In this document: positions 8,906-18,532 of the stretch, in pieces
How the letters are laid out: each line of letters starts with the position of its first letter
Position numbering within the stretch: position 1 is the first letter of the stretch
Assembly: GCA_035380125.1 (NCBI GenBank)
Contig: DAOSWV010000009.1
Location: 7,304 to 71,303 of the forward strand
Length of the DNA: 64,000 bases
Source of the DNA: Oscillospiraceae bacterium
Lineage (GTDB): Bacteria; Bacillota; Clostridia; Oscillospirales; JAKOTC01
Direction of reading: 5' to 3'
Translations under genes and position numbers: made by a program
The notes under the pieces: model-generated
Database searches by the model: none
Seen by the model: only the letters and a program-made list of their open reading frames with translations
What the model was told of the DNA's origin: nothing

Positions 8906-9724
8906 ATGCGCGTTGAAAACCCCATCGGCATTTTTGACTCGGGCCTCGGCGGGCTGACCGTTCTTCGGGAAGTGGTTCGATTGCTCCCCCATGAGAACAT
9001 TGTCTATTTCGGAGACACCGCGCGCGTGCCTTACGGTTCCCGACCCGAAACCACAATCAATAAATATGCCGCCCAGGACGCCGCCTTTTTAATGACCAAA
9101 AATATCAAAGCCATGGTCGTCGCCTGCGGAACCGTCAGCTCCGTCTCGGGGAAAGCGCTTCAAAGCAGCGTCGGCATTCCGTTTTTTGATGTCGTCTCGG
9201 CAGGTGCTGCGGAAGCCGTAAATTTTGCGGACAAAGGTGAAATCGCCGTACTCGGTACACTGGCAACCATCCGAAGCCATAGCCACCGCTCGCTGATCAC
9301 CGCCGCAAAACCCAACGCACAAATCGTCGAGCAGGCCTGCCCGCTGTTTGTTCCGCTGGTTGAAAACGGCCATACCGACCCGGACGACCCGATTGCCAAT
9401 GAAGCGGCGAACTTCTATCTCAAAAAAATCGCGGAACGCAGACCGGCGGCGGCGATACTGGCCTGTACCCATTATCCCCTGCTCCGGCAGACCATTCAAA
9501 ATCACCTGCCCGGCATCATATTGATTGATCCTGCAGTAGAAGCCGCCAAACGAATCGCCGCTTTCTTAGCGGGAGAACATCTGAATAATCAAAACGGCGG
9601 CGCGCTTGAATTTTACGTCTCAGACCGACCCGAAGCTTTCGAGCTCTTTGCCAAAGACACTTTAAATGATCTGCCTCACATGGGCAATCACTCCTGTACC
9701 TTGGTCGATATCGACCAATACTAA
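8906..9724 (+). CDS. murI: Glutamate racemase (MurI)
   Basis: IGIFDSGLGGLTV, VVACGTVS and ILACTHYPLL motifs, including the two catalytic Cys contexts. Start is taken at ATG 8906. Confidence 0.9.
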   Translation: MRVENPIGIFDSGLGGLTVLREVVRLLPHENIVYFGDTARVPYGSRPETTINKYAAQDAAFLMTKNIKAMVVACGTVSSVSGKALQSSVGIPFFDVVSAGAAEAVNFADKGEIAVLGTLATIRSHSHRSLITAAKPNAQIVEQACPLFVPLVENGHTDPDDPIANEAANFYLKKIAERRPAAAILACTHYPLLRQTIQNHLPGIILIDPAVEAAKRIAAFLAGEHLNNQNGGALEFYVSDRPEAFELFAKDTLNDLPHMGNHSCTLVDIDQY

Positions 9725-9764
9725 ATCCAAACACATTCTAAACTTCCGAAAAGGGGGTACTGTT

Positions 9765-10181
9765 ATGAAAAAACAACCCGTCAAACTGCATATCACCGGC
9801 ACCCAGTTCACCGATCCCGATCAGACGGTCAGCGACTTTTTCGTCGAGGGCAAGATGAAAAACGAAAACGGCGAGCTCTATCTGGAATATCCCGAACCCG
9901 TCGAACACGGGTTGGGTGAAGTCACCACCGTGCTGCGCTACGACGGCAAACTGCTCAAACTTGAACGCGACGGCGAGAGCGGCTTACTGATCGAAAAAGG
10001 GCGACGACATATCTGCCAGTATCATACGCCGCTCGGCGATGTCTACATAGGGGTTAACGGCGGCGATATCAAGATCACCGACAGCCCCGACCGGTTGGAC
10101 ATGGAGATTGACTACGCCATCGACATCAACACCTCTCTCGCCAGCCGCAACAACATCAAAATCAAGGCCCAGCGCCTTTAA
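9765..10181 (+). CDS. DUF1934 (YwiB-like) beta-barrel protein
   Basis: About 138 aa. Its size, sequence pattern and position directly upstream of argS are typical of Firmicute DUF1934. RBS AAAGGGGG. Confidence 0.7.
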   Translation: MKKQPVKLHITGTQFTDPDQTVSDFFVEGKMKNENGELYLEYPEPVEHGLGEVTTVLRYDGKLLKLERDGESGLLIEKGRRHICQYHTPLGDVYIGVNGGDIKITDSPDRLDMEIDYAIDINTSLASRNNIKIKAQRL

Positions 10182-10186
10182 TGTAG

Positions 10187-10241
10187 GGGCGGATATCATC
10201 CGCCCGCAACGCCTTTATTGTGGGGCGAATCGTATTCGCCC
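10187..10241. repeat. Two REP-type hairpins (GTAG-headed)
   Basis: GTAG GGGCGGAT-ATC-ATCCGCCC (10187-10205) and GGGCGAAT-CGT-ATTCGCCC (10223-10241), immediately after the DUF1934 stop codon. Confidence 0.7.
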
Positions 10242-10250
10242 GCCTTTTCT

Positions 10251-10349
10251 CAGTTAACAGTTGACAGTGAACAGTGACATACCCGTGAACAAAATCAATT
10301 GCAACGCAAAACACCTTAACTTTTCACTTTTAACTGCCAACCGTTAACT
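10251..10349. repeat. Inverted pair of heptanucleotide-periodic arrays
   Basis: 10251-10278 reads CAGTTAA CAGTTGA CAGTGAA CAGTGAC. 10315-10349 is the reverse-complement type (CTTAACT TTTCACT TTTAACT GCCAACC GTTAACT). Confidence 0.55.
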
Positions 10350-10392
10350 CTTTCTCCGAATCTCGAATTAAAACTTGAAGGATGTTTAAAAC

Positions 10393-12168
10393 ATGAATGA
10401 TTCCGTTTTCCTGACCGCAAAACAACAAGCCGACGAGTTGGTGAAAACCGCTCTTTATGCCCTGACCGCCGAAGGCACCCTGCCCGACTGTCCCGCGCCG
10501 CGTTATACCATCGAAGTCCCCGCAGACCGCAAAAACGGCGACTTCGCAGCCAACGCCGCAATGGCCGGCGCGAAGGCCTACCGGCTGCCGCCGCGAAAAC
10601 TGGCCGAACTGCTGGTCGGAAAATTTGATTTTGTCAATACTTTTTTTGCCCGCGCCGAGATCGCCGGCCCCGGTTTTATCAACTTCTTTTTGTCCGACGC
10701 GTTTTATGCCGCGGCGGTCAATGAGGTGTTGTCCCTCAGCAGCAAATTCGGCGGCACTTCCTTCGGTGGCGGCAAAAAAGTTCTCATTGAATTCGTCTCG
10801 GCCAACCCGACCGGCCCCGCGCATATGGGCAACGCCCGCGGCGGCGCTTTGGGCGACTGCCTCGCCGCGATCATGCAAACCGCCGGTTACGAGGTCGGCC
10901 GCGAGTTTTACGTCAACGACGCAGGCAACCAGATCGCCAAATTCGGCCTGTCGCTCGAGACCCGCTACTTGCAGCTTTTTGAGGGCGAGGACAAGCACCC
11001 CATGCCCGACGATTCCTATCACGGCGCAGATATCATTGAACACGCCAAGTCCTTCGCCGAACAAAACGGCGAAAAATACGTCAACGCAGATCCCGCCGAG
11101 CGTAAAAAGGCGCTGGTCGCGTTCGCGCTGCCCAAAAACGTCTCTTACCTGCGCGCCAATATGGACAAATACCGCATCCGTTACGATCTTTGGTTCTACG
11201 AGAGTTCCTTATATAAAATGGGCGAAGTCGAGCGCGTGATTGAACTGCTCAAAAACAGCGGTAAGACCTATACAAAAAACGACGCGCTTTGGTTTATGGT
11301 TGGGGACGAACCCGACTGTCCCGATTCAGACCCCAACGCCGAAGACGAGGAACTGCCTGCCGAAGAAACCTCCGGTGAAACCGGAAAAGTTTTTCATAAA
11401 GATTTTGTACTGGTGCGTTCCAACGGCTATCCGACCTATATCGTGCCGGATATCGCCTATCATTATAATAAACTGGTCACCCGGGGCTTCGATCTCGCCA
11501 TCGACGTGCTGGGCAGCGACCACCACGGCTATGTCAAACGCCTGAAGCAGATTCTGCCTGCCGTCGGCGTCGCAGAAGACCGGCTCGAGGCGATCTTGAT
11601 GCAGATGGTCAAGCTGACACGGGGCGGCGAACTCGTCAAGATGAGTAAACGCACCGGCAACGCCATCACCCTGACCGACCTGCTCGACGAAATTCCCACC
11701 GACGCGGTGCGTTTTCTGTTCAACATGCGCACCCCAGACAGCCAGATGGAATTCGATCTCGACCTTGCGTTGGAGCAAACCTCGCAAAACCCGGTATACT
11801 ATACCCAGTATGCCCACGCCCGTATCTGCAGCATCATCAAGAATCTGACCGCCGAAGGCATTACCCACCACGAGCCCACGGCTGCCGAACTCGCCCTGCT
11901 GATCACCGAAGAAGAGCGCAATCTGATTGCCTTTATGACCACACTGCCGTCGGTTGTCATCGATGCAGCCGTCACCCGTGACCCGTCCAAAGTTACGCGG
12001 TTTGCGGTCAGCCTTGCCACTTTGTTCCATAAATTCTACACCGAGTGCCGTGTCAACACCGAGGACAGAGCCCTGACCAACGCACGGTTGTCTTTGTGCC
12101 TCGCCGTCAAGACGGCGCTTTGCAACATTCTCGAAATGCTCAAAATCTCGACGCCCGAGTCGATGTAA
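10393..12168 (+). CDS. argS: Arginyl-tRNA synthetase
   Basis: 591 aa. Class I HIGH-type motif SANPTGPAHMGNARG and KMSKR-type MSKRTGN. It has a full ArgS layout, with an acidic insertion near residues 300-335. Confidence 0.95.
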   Translation: MNDSVFLTAKQQADELVKTALYALTAEGTLPDCPAPRYTIEVPADRKNGDFAANAAMAGAKAYRLPPRKLAELLVGKFDFVNTFFARAEIAGPGFINFFLSDAFYAAAVNEVLSLSSKFGGTSFGGGKKVLIEFVSANPTGPAHMGNARGGALGDCLAAIMQTAGYEVGREFYVNDAGNQIAKFGLSLETRYLQLFEGEDKHPMPDDSYHGADIIEHAKSFAEQNGEKYVNADPAERKKALVAFALPKNVSYLRANMDKYRIRYDLWFYESSLYKMGEVERVIELLKNSGKTYTKNDALWFMVGDEPDCPDSDPNAEDEELPAEETSGETGKVFHKDFVLVRSNGYPTYIVPDIAYHYNKLVTRGFDLAIDVLGSDHHGYVKRLKQILPAVGVAEDRLEAILMQMVKLTRGGELVKMSKRTGNAITLTDLLDEIPTDAVRFLFNMRTPDSQMEFDLDLALEQTSQNPVYYTQYAHARICSIIKNLTAEGITHHEPTAAELALLITEEERNLIAFMTTLPSVVIDAAVTRDPSKVTRFAVSLATLFHKFYTECRVNTEDRALTNARLSLCLAVKTALCNILEMLKISTPESM

Positions 12169-12290
12169 TCCCTTTTACCGCCGTCAATATAGACCAAATC
12201 ATTGACTTTTCGAACGCGGTTGTTATATAATTGTCGTCGACACATTTTGGTGTTGACCAAACAAATTTTCTGCAAAGGACTGTAAGAAGG

Positions 12291-13676
12291 ATGAAAAAAG
12301 CAAAAGGCCTTGTTTTTTTCGTGATCGCCCTGCTGATCCTCGGACTGGGCTACACGGCGTTTGCCGGTGTGTATACCTGGTATGGCGCGCGTGAAAACAC
12401 GATAATCAGAGGCACCAAGAGTTTATTAACCGGTATTGATCTGGGCAAAACGGCCCAAATTGTTTTGACTCCGGAAGAGGGTTCCGAAGTCACAGCCGAT
12501 GCACTGGAAGAAGCCAGAGATCTCATTGAAGGCCGGTTGAGTATTGCACAATACAACAGCGTAAGCCTCAATATCGACTATACCAACAATCAAATTGTTC
12601 TCACCATTCCCCTCACAGAGGATTATTCCGTATATCAAATCCAATCGCTGCTCGAAGATATCCGCGGTAAGGGTGTTCTGACTTTCCGCAACGGCGATGA
12701 TGTCGATGAGAATTACCTTCCCACCGGAGATATCATTCTCAGCAACGACGGCGTTTCCGGCGCTATTACCGGCAGAACCACCGACGAAAATCAGCCCGCT
12801 GTTCAGATTTATCTGAATGATGACGGCACGTCCGCACTGACCTCTGCCACCTATCAGATGTCCGGCGGCACGCTCTCGGTCTGGATGGACAGCACCATGT
12901 TGACCGCCTATACCATTGATTCCGCCATCACAAACGGCAAACTGGTCGTCACCAGCGACAGCATGACAATGGATTCAGCCAATGAGCTGGCCTATAAAAT
13001 CAATTTGGGACAAATGCCCTTCGGCTTCACCTATGAAAACATCATCGAGATGTCTCCGACCGAAACAAATACCTTGCAAAACATCCTCCTCTATACCGGT
13101 TGTTCCTTTGCCGTTATATGCATCCTGTTGATTGTTTTCTATCGTCTCACGGGCGTTGTCATTTCGCTGGGATTGATTCTGGAATCTACGCTCTCGGTTA
13201 TATTATTCACCCGTTATTTCCCGGCATTTGATCTCACTACGGTAACGGTCCCGGCCATTTTCACGATCATTCTGCTCGGCGTTATTACCGTTGCTTTGGG
13301 CGTTTGGCAGGCCGAACGCATCAAGAGCGGGTTCAATGAAAAAGCGTCGTTCGATATGACCGTCAGAGGCGGCTTAAAAGGCATGTCGGCTGCCACCGTC
13401 GACGGCGTCATCGTCGCCGGCATCACCGCGTTTTTCGCGATGGCCGCATTCGGCACTTCCAATTACCATCTCGCCTGGTTCACGAATTTCCTGTCCTGGA
13501 TGGGCGTAAATCCCGGCGGTTATACGATCTATCCGTTGGTTTCCTCATTATTGTATGGACTTATCCTCACGATGCTGGTTGTCCTTTTGGTCCAGCGCGT
13601 GATGATAAATATGCTCTCCGGAATCAATGCTTTCAAAAAACCCTTCTTATTTGGAGGAAAAAAAGATGTATTATAA
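12291..13676 (+). CDS. secD: Protein translocase subunit SecD-like
   Basis: N-terminal TM helix, a large extracytoplasmic domain, then a C-terminal multi-TM bundle. It lies directly before a SecF-like gene. Start is chosen at MKKAKG. Confidence 0.75.
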   Translation: MKKAKGLVFFVIALLILGLGYTAFAGVYTWYGARENTIIRGTKSLLTGIDLGKTAQIVLTPEEGSEVTADALEEARDLIEGRLSIAQYNSVSLNIDYTNNQIVLTIPLTEDYSVYQIQSLLEDIRGKGVLTFRNGDDVDENYLPTGDIILSNDGVSGAITGRTTDENQPAVQIYLNDDGTSALTSATYQMSGGTLSVWMDSTMLTAYTIDSAITNGKLVVTSDSMTMDSANELAYKINLGQMPFGFTYENIIEMSPTETNTLQNILLYTGCSFAVICILLIVFYRLTGVVISLGLILESTLSVILFTRYFPAFDLTTVTVPAIFTIILLGVITVALGVWQAERIKSGFNEKASFDMTVRGGLKGMSAATVDGVIVAGITAFFAMAAFGTSNYHLAWFTNFLSWMGVNPGGYTIYPLVSSLLYGLILTMLVVLLVQRVMINMLSGINAFKKPFLFGGKKDVL

Positions 13677-14658
13677 AAAAGCCAAGTTTTACGCCATCCT
13701 CTGTGCAGCGCTCGTCGTTGTTGCCGCTGCCCTTGTCGTTGGCATCGGGCTCCCTGAGAAAGCCCCGTTTTCCGACAGCACGGTTTTAACGGTTAAATGC
13801 GTGGATATCCCGCTGGATTATTCCAAGCTTGACACCGAATTGGCTGCGGCAACCGATCTGCCCTACACCGTTGTCACCGGCAATGAAATCTCGGGAAACT
13901 TTGAAGCCGCAAACGTCACCTTTGAAGGCACCGATTTCAATTCGGTCGATGCACAGACATTGGTCTCGACACTCGGCGCCAGCTACTCCGTGCTCTCACT
14001 CAATACAATCACCGGAAAAAGCACTTCGGGCATGACCATGTTCCTGATCTTTACCGGAGTGGCGACCCTGTTGGTTGCAGGCCTTTACCTCGCATTCCGT
14101 TACGGCCTCAAGACCGCGCTTTCCGCCTTTGTCCCGGCTTTTGCCGCAGTCGGCGGCGTGTTGATTGTCGCTGTTGTCATCGGCGCGGGATTCTCTTATC
14201 CGCTGGCTGTCGCTTCGGTTTGTTCCTTCGCAGTGGCTCTGTTCTTCTCGGCGATGGCATTCGGCCAGGCCCGCGAGATGCATGAATCCAAACATGTTCA
14301 TGATCACGACGATGTGGCGAACGAGACCGGCGCAGTCCTGATGTCCAGAAATATCAAGATCGCCGCCGCAGCCGTCATTATCTTAGGCACAGTCGCCGTC
14401 ACCGGTGTTCTTGTCAATATTACGGACCTGACCTATACGGCCATTCCGCTGCTGATCGGAACGCTCATCGGCCTGTTCGGCGCTCAATTCTGTGCAGTAC
14501 CGCTGTGCATGGCATGGCAGGACGCGGAAGACGCGACCGCCGCCAAAAAAGCACACGCGAAAAAGCCCGTTAAGAAGACGCCCGCCAAAACCGCTTCAAA
14601 GATCAGCGCGAAGTCGTCGGCGAAAAAAGCCCCTTCCAAATCGAAATCCAAGAAATAA
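13666..14658 (+). CDS. secF: Protein translocase subunit SecF-like with a Lys/Ala-rich C-terminal tail
   Basis: N-terminal TM helix, a periplasmic-type domain and a six-TM-like C-terminal region. RBS GGAGGA before ATG 13666. It overlaps the secD 3' end by 11 nt. Confidence 0.75.
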   Translation: MYYKKAKFYAILCAALVVVAAALVVGIGLPEKAPFSDSTVLTVKCVDIPLDYSKLDTELAAATDLPYTVVTGNEISGNFEAANVTFEGTDFNSVDAQTLVSTLGASYSVLSLNTITGKSTSGMTMFLIFTGVATLLVAGLYLAFRYGLKTALSAFVPAFAAVGGVLIVAVVIGAGFSYPLAVASVCSFAVALFFSAMAFGQAREMHESKHVHDHDDVANETGAVLMSRNIKIAAAAVIILGTVAVTGVLVNITDLTYTAIPLLIGTLIGLFGAQFCAVPLCMAWQDAEDATAAKKAHAKKPVKKTPAKTASKISAKSSAKKAPSKSKSKK

Positions 14659-14681
14659 AAAGCATTCATCTCATAAATAGC

Positions 14682-14719
14682 AAAAAACTCCGGCGAAATG
14701 ATTTTCACCGGAGTTTTTT
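14682..14719. terminator. Bidirectional intrinsic terminator between secF and the HTH-kinase gene
   Basis: AAAAAACTCCGG ... CCGGAGTTTTTT. The stem is perfect, with A-runs and T-runs on both sides. Confidence 0.7.
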
Positions 14720-14742
14720 CTTGCAATTAACCGTTAGAAAAT

Positions 14743-16098
14743 TTATTTCAATGAATCGGAAAGCACATATGTTTCATAGGCCCTGATCGCCTTGTCTCTC
14801 ATGGAAAAATCGTAAATCCCCCGGTTCATCAGCCGTATCGGGAAAAACATACTTTCGGCAACGGATAATTTCAAATCCCTGATAAACATCTCATATGAAT
14901 AGTTTTTTACAGTCCCGGACAATCTTTTGTAATACCGGTCAATAAGCGGTTTCGCAAGTTTTTGATCCGGCTCGATATGAAGCGCCAACAGCATTGCCAA
15001 ATCCTCGGTACACAATCCGATACGGATTGCCTGTAAATCGATAAATTTCACTGTCCTGTCGGGCGTTTTTGCAATGAAAACGTTCCCCGGATGTAAATCC
15101 CCGTGAATAATCGTCACATTGCTTCCGACTTGATATCTTTCAAGCGTGTTTTTATAATTCTTCTTTAAATAATGAACGGCATCCTGAAAATAATGAAGCT
15201 TCTTAATATCCAACTCATTGACAAAGCATTCCCATTGATGGGGTATTAGGTGTTTCTCCTCTTTTTCTTTGTATTTTATGAAATCCTTTTCCATCCCGAA
15301 CAGATGTGCCGCCAAATTTTCTGCGGACTGATAGCGCCAGTCAAGCCCGATTTGTTCAAAAGTAGCGAAGTCTTCCCAAAAAGCCGCATGAAAATCCGCC
15401 GTTGCATCTAACAGACGGTCGTAATGTCTCCTGATGATTGTTCCGTTTTCATTTTCCTCATCATAATAAAACCCCTGAATATAACCATCGCTTAAGTCTT
15501 CCATCAATATCGTTTTTGACGAATCGTCGATATGATAAAGATTGGGGATGGAAAAGGTGTGGTTCCCAACCAAGCGATATCCCGATAATTCTTTATCGTG
15601 ATCGGAATAAATTCTCTGGAGCAATTTATAATCTTTTTGCGGCGTGGAGACTTTTATATATGTATCCGTGTAGCGCGGTTTCTTTTCCTGCGGATTTCTG
15701 CTGATTGTATAATTACCGAGATTGGGATTGGATCTTGAAACCGCCTGAATGATCGTTTGATCATCCAAACCGGGCATTTGATCCGGCGTTTTGACCTTTT
15801 CAAGTTGTTGTAAGACGCATTTGGCTATATGCTCGGCCTGTTGCTGCAGAATGTTCGGCTTTTCGTCTTCGATTTTCGCATCCGACAGATAAGCCGGCAT
15901 AATCAGCTCGTCGATGGTACAGCTAAAAATTTGTCCTAACACCGGCAGCAGTGCGGTGTCCGGCAAGGAATGCCCGTTTTCCCATTTACTGATGGCCTGC
16001 GGCGAGATGTTTAACAATTCGGCCAGTCGTTCCTGCGATAATCCGTTCTTTTTTCGATATGAAGCGATGATCGACCCGGCTATTTTATAATCAAGCAT
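14743..16098 (-). CDS. XRE-family HTH domain fused to an APH/choline-kinase-like phosphotransferase domain
   Basis: N-terminal GLSQERLAELLNISPQAISKWENG (HTH_XRE). C-terminal kinase motifs IIHGDLHPGNVFI (HGDxxxxN) and KFIDLQ. The gene is visibly AT-rich (20/60 G+C at 15181-15240). Confidence 0.8.
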   Translation of the reverse strand: MLDYKIAGSIIASYRKKNGLSQERLAELLNISPQAISKWENGHSLPDTALLPVLGQIFSCTIDELIMPAYLSDAKIEDEKPNILQQQAEHIAKCVLQQLEKVKTPDQMPGLDDQTIIQAVSRSNPNLGNYTISRNPQEKKPRYTDTYIKVSTPQKDYKLLQRIYSDHDKELSGYRLVGNHTFSIPNLYHIDDSSKTILMEDLSDGYIQGFYYDEENENGTIIRRHYDRLLDATADFHAAFWEDFATFEQIGLDWRYQSAENLAAHLFGMEKDFIKYKEKEEKHLIPHQWECFVNELDIKKLHYFQDAVHYLKKNYKNTLERYQVGSNVTIIHGDLHPGNVFIAKTPDRTVKFIDLQAIRIGLCTEDLAMLLALHIEPDQKLAKPLIDRYYKRLSGTVKNYSYEMFIRDLKLSVAESMFFPIRLMNRGIYDFSMRDKAIRAYETYVLSDSLK

Positions 16099-16278
16099 AA
16101 CAATTCCCTCTCGTTTGTTTTATATATTTAATTATGGCATTATTAATAATCTTTTGACCATACGGAATACATCAAATCAACTCAACTTTTAGTTAACTTA
16201 AATGATATTTTCGCTCTTTTCGATTATTTTTATCCTCTGAAATACAAATAAACTGGTGGCATTTTCTCTGTGATTTAT

Positions 16279-16316
16279 AAAACGCACGCGGTTTTCATAA
16301 ATACCGTGTGCGTTTT
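16279..16316 (-). terminator. Putative intrinsic terminator after serS
   Basis: AAAACGCACGCGG / CCGTGTGCGTTTT stem with one G-T pair. It has T-runs on either strand and lies 27 nt past the serS stop. Confidence 0.65.
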
Positions 16317-16342
16317 AAATATCAGATCCTACAAAAATCCGA

Positions 16343-17626
16343 TTAACCCAACTTCGTCTTCCCGCCCATATAAGGTCTCAGCGGTTCCGGAATCACTACA
16401 CTGCCATCTTCCTGCAGATTGTTTTCCAAAAACGCGATCAGCATGCGCGGCGGGGCGACTACGGTGTTGTTCAGCGTGTGTGCGAAATAGTTGTTTCCGC
16501 TGGCCTTGTCGCGCACCCGGATTCCGAGCCGTCTGGCCTGCGCGTCGCCGAGGTTCGAACAGCTGCCGACCTCAAAATATTTCTGCTGACGGGGCGACCA
16601 CGCCTCGACGTCGATGCTCTTGACCTTTAAATCGGCCAGATCACCGGAGCAGCACTCCAGGGTGCGTACCGGAATGTCCAACGAACGGAAAAACTCTACC
16701 GTAAAGTTATACAGCTTTACAAACCAATCCGGACTCTGCTCGGGTTTGCAGACCACGATCATCTCCTGCTTTTCGAACTGATGAATGCGGTAGACGCCGC
16801 GTTCCTCAATGCCGTGCGCACCGACTTCCTTGCGGAAGCAAGGCGAATAGCTTGTCAGCGCCTGCGGCAACGAATCTTCGTCAAGCGTCGTGTCAATAAA
16901 CTTTCCGATCATCGAATGCTCGCTGGTTCCGATCAAATAAAGATCTTCACCCTCGATTTTATACATCATGCCTTCCATCTCGGCAAAGCTCATCACTCCA
17001 CTGACCACGTCGCTGCGGATCATAAACGGCGGGATGTAATAGGTGAAGCCCTTATCGATCATAAAATCGCGCGCATAGGACAAAATCGCCGATTCCAGCC
17101 GCGCGATGTCGCCGCACAGATAATAAAACCCGTTTCCGCTGGTCTTGCGGGCGCTGTCGAGGTCTATTCCGTTAAACCTTTCCATGATCTCGACGTGGTA
17201 CGGCACCTCAAATTCGGGTACCTTTGGCTCGCCAAACCTTTCGACCTCGACGTTTTCGCTGTCGTCATGCCCGATCGGCACCGACGGATCAATGATATTC
17301 GGAATCACCAGCATCCGTTTCCGGATTTCCTCCGAGAGTTCGGTTTCGGCGGTCTCGAGCGCGGCCAGTTCGTCCGCCATATCGCTGACTTGCTTTTTGG
17401 CTTTTTCGGCTTCGTCTTTTTCACCGCGCGCCATCATCCCGCCGATGGCCTTGCTGATGCTCTTACGCTGCGAACGCAGCCAGTCGCCGCGAGTCTTGGA
17501 TTCGCGGAATTTTTTATCCAGCTCCAGAACCTCATCCACCAATGGCAGCTTTTTGTCCTGGAATTTCTTTTTCATATTCTCCCGAACCAAATCGGGATCG
17601 TTTCTGAGCAGTTTAATATCAATCAT
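16343..17626 (-). CDS. serS: Seryl-tRNA synthetase
   Basis: 427 aa. N-terminal coiled-coil arm and class II core motifs (FRKE.G, GTSEH, and the TLNNTV..PR tail). Confidence 0.95.
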   Translation of the reverse strand: MIDIKLLRNDPDLVRENMKKKFQDKKLPLVDEVLELDKKFRESKTRGDWLRSQRKSISKAIGGMMARGEKDEAEKAKKQVSDMADELAALETAETELSEEIRKRMLVIPNIIDPSVPIGHDDSENVEVERFGEPKVPEFEVPYHVEIMERFNGIDLDSARKTSGNGFYYLCGDIARLESAILSYARDFMIDKGFTYYIPPFMIRSDVVSGVMSFAEMEGMMYKIEGEDLYLIGTSEHSMIGKFIDTTLDEDSLPQALTSYSPCFRKEVGAHGIEERGVYRIHQFEKQEMIVVCKPEQSPDWFVKLYNFTVEFFRSLDIPVRTLECCSGDLADLKVKSIDVEAWSPRQQKYFEVGSCSNLGDAQARRLGIRVRDKASGNNYFAHTLNNTVVAPPRMLIAFLENNLQEDGSVVIPEPLRPYMGGKTKLG

Positions 17627-17644
17627 TTTATAAAATCCTTTCGG

Positions 17645-18532
17645 TCATTCATCGTTTTCGCTGTTCTTATTTTGGGCGCGTTTTTCACCCGTTAGAACCA
17701 TCGCCAGATCCAATAAATCCTCTTTCGAGAAAAATTCGATCTCGATACAGCCGGGCTTGTCCCCCGCAGGCGCTTTCGCAACCCGAACCTTACGTCCCAT
17801 CTCTCCTTTGACGGCGATCTCAAATTCGTCGTAAAAGCTCTCGCGCGTTTTCGGAATTACTTGTTTTTTCGGTTTTTCCACCGCGACAGCGGCTTTTTCC
17901 AGGTCTCTGACGCTCATCTTTCCGTCGGCACTCTCTTTTGCCAATTCAACACAACGCTCGATATCGGAAATGCCGCCCAACACTTTTGCATGACCTGCCG
18001 AAAGTCGGCCTTCCCGCAGCAGCACCTGAACCGGATCGGGCAAAGTAAGCAGCCGCAGCGAGTTGGCCACACTAGATCGTGACTTCCCCACACGCTGCGC
18101 GGCGCTCTCCTGCGTAAATCCGAACTCCTCAATCAAATTGCGATAACCCGCCGCCTCCTCGATCGGATTCAGGTCGGCGCGCTGCAAATTCTCAATCAGC
18201 GAGACCTCGGCCACCGTCTGGTCGTCGTAATCCCGAACCAAAACCGGCACTTCGGTCAATCCGGCCATGCGTGCGGCCCGCCAACGGCGTTCACCCGCTA
18301 CAATAATATACCCGCCGTCTTTTTCACAGACCAAAAGCGGCTGTAAAACGCCGTGTTCTCTGATCGAATCGGACAGTTCCTGCAACTGCTGTTGGTCAAA
18401 ATCCTTACGCGGCTGTGCGCGGTTGGGTTCTATCTGAGAGATGCGCAGCGTGGTTACGCCGCTTTCTTCCGAAGTGTTGTCATCAAGTAATGCATCCAAT
18501 CCTCTGCCGAGGGATCTTTTCTTCGTACTCAT
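17645..18532 (-). CDS. parB: Chromosome partitioning protein ParB/Spo0J
   Basis: ParB box motifs LQPLLV and IVAGERRWRAA, plus an HTH region. The gene overlaps the soj stop by 4 nt. Confidence 0.9.
   Translation of the reverse strand: MSTKKRSLGRGLDALLDDNTSEESGVTTLRISQIEPNRAQPRKDFDQQQLQELSDSIREHGVLQPLLVCEKDGGYIIVAGERRWRAARMAGLTEVPVLVRDYDDQTVAEVSLIENLQRADLNPIEEAAGYRNLIEEFGFTQESAAQRVGKSRSSVANSLRLLTLPDPVQVLLREGRLSAGHAKVLGGISDIERCVELAKESADGKMSVRDLEKAAVAVEKPKKQVIPKTRESFYDEFEIAVKGEMGRKVRVAKAPAGDKPGCIEIEFFSKEDLLDLAMVLTGEKRAQNKNSENDE

Noticed and set aside
10182-10392. Possible T-box leader upstream of argS (and likewise for serS and glyQS)
   Set aside because: I found no specifier-loop/T-box (…GGTGGTACCGCG…) sequence or antiterminator pairing by eye. 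The space is taken up by REP hairpins and heptamer arrays. serS and glyQS have spacers under 25 nt.
10330-11064. 244-aa ORF antisense to argS, and similar long antisense or off-frame ORFs at 11326-12030, 26693-27787, 27831-28526, 28865-30316, 30460-31086, 31123-31890, 39488-40513, 40663-41682, 42972-43682, 43788-44435, 53685-54557, 55802-57082 and 62315-63055
   Set aside because: They lie entirely inside well-supported conserved genes on the other strand or frame. They have Arg/Gly/Ala-rich low-complexity translations typical of GC-rich shadow frames, no RBS, and no recognisable motifs.
11270-11400. Acidic insertion in ArgS (…DEPDCPDSDPNAEDEELPAEETSGETGK…) as a possible intein or mobile insertion
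   Set aside because: It is too short (about 30 aa), low-complexity, in-frame, and lacks intein splice motifs. It is most likely a lineage-specific surface loop.
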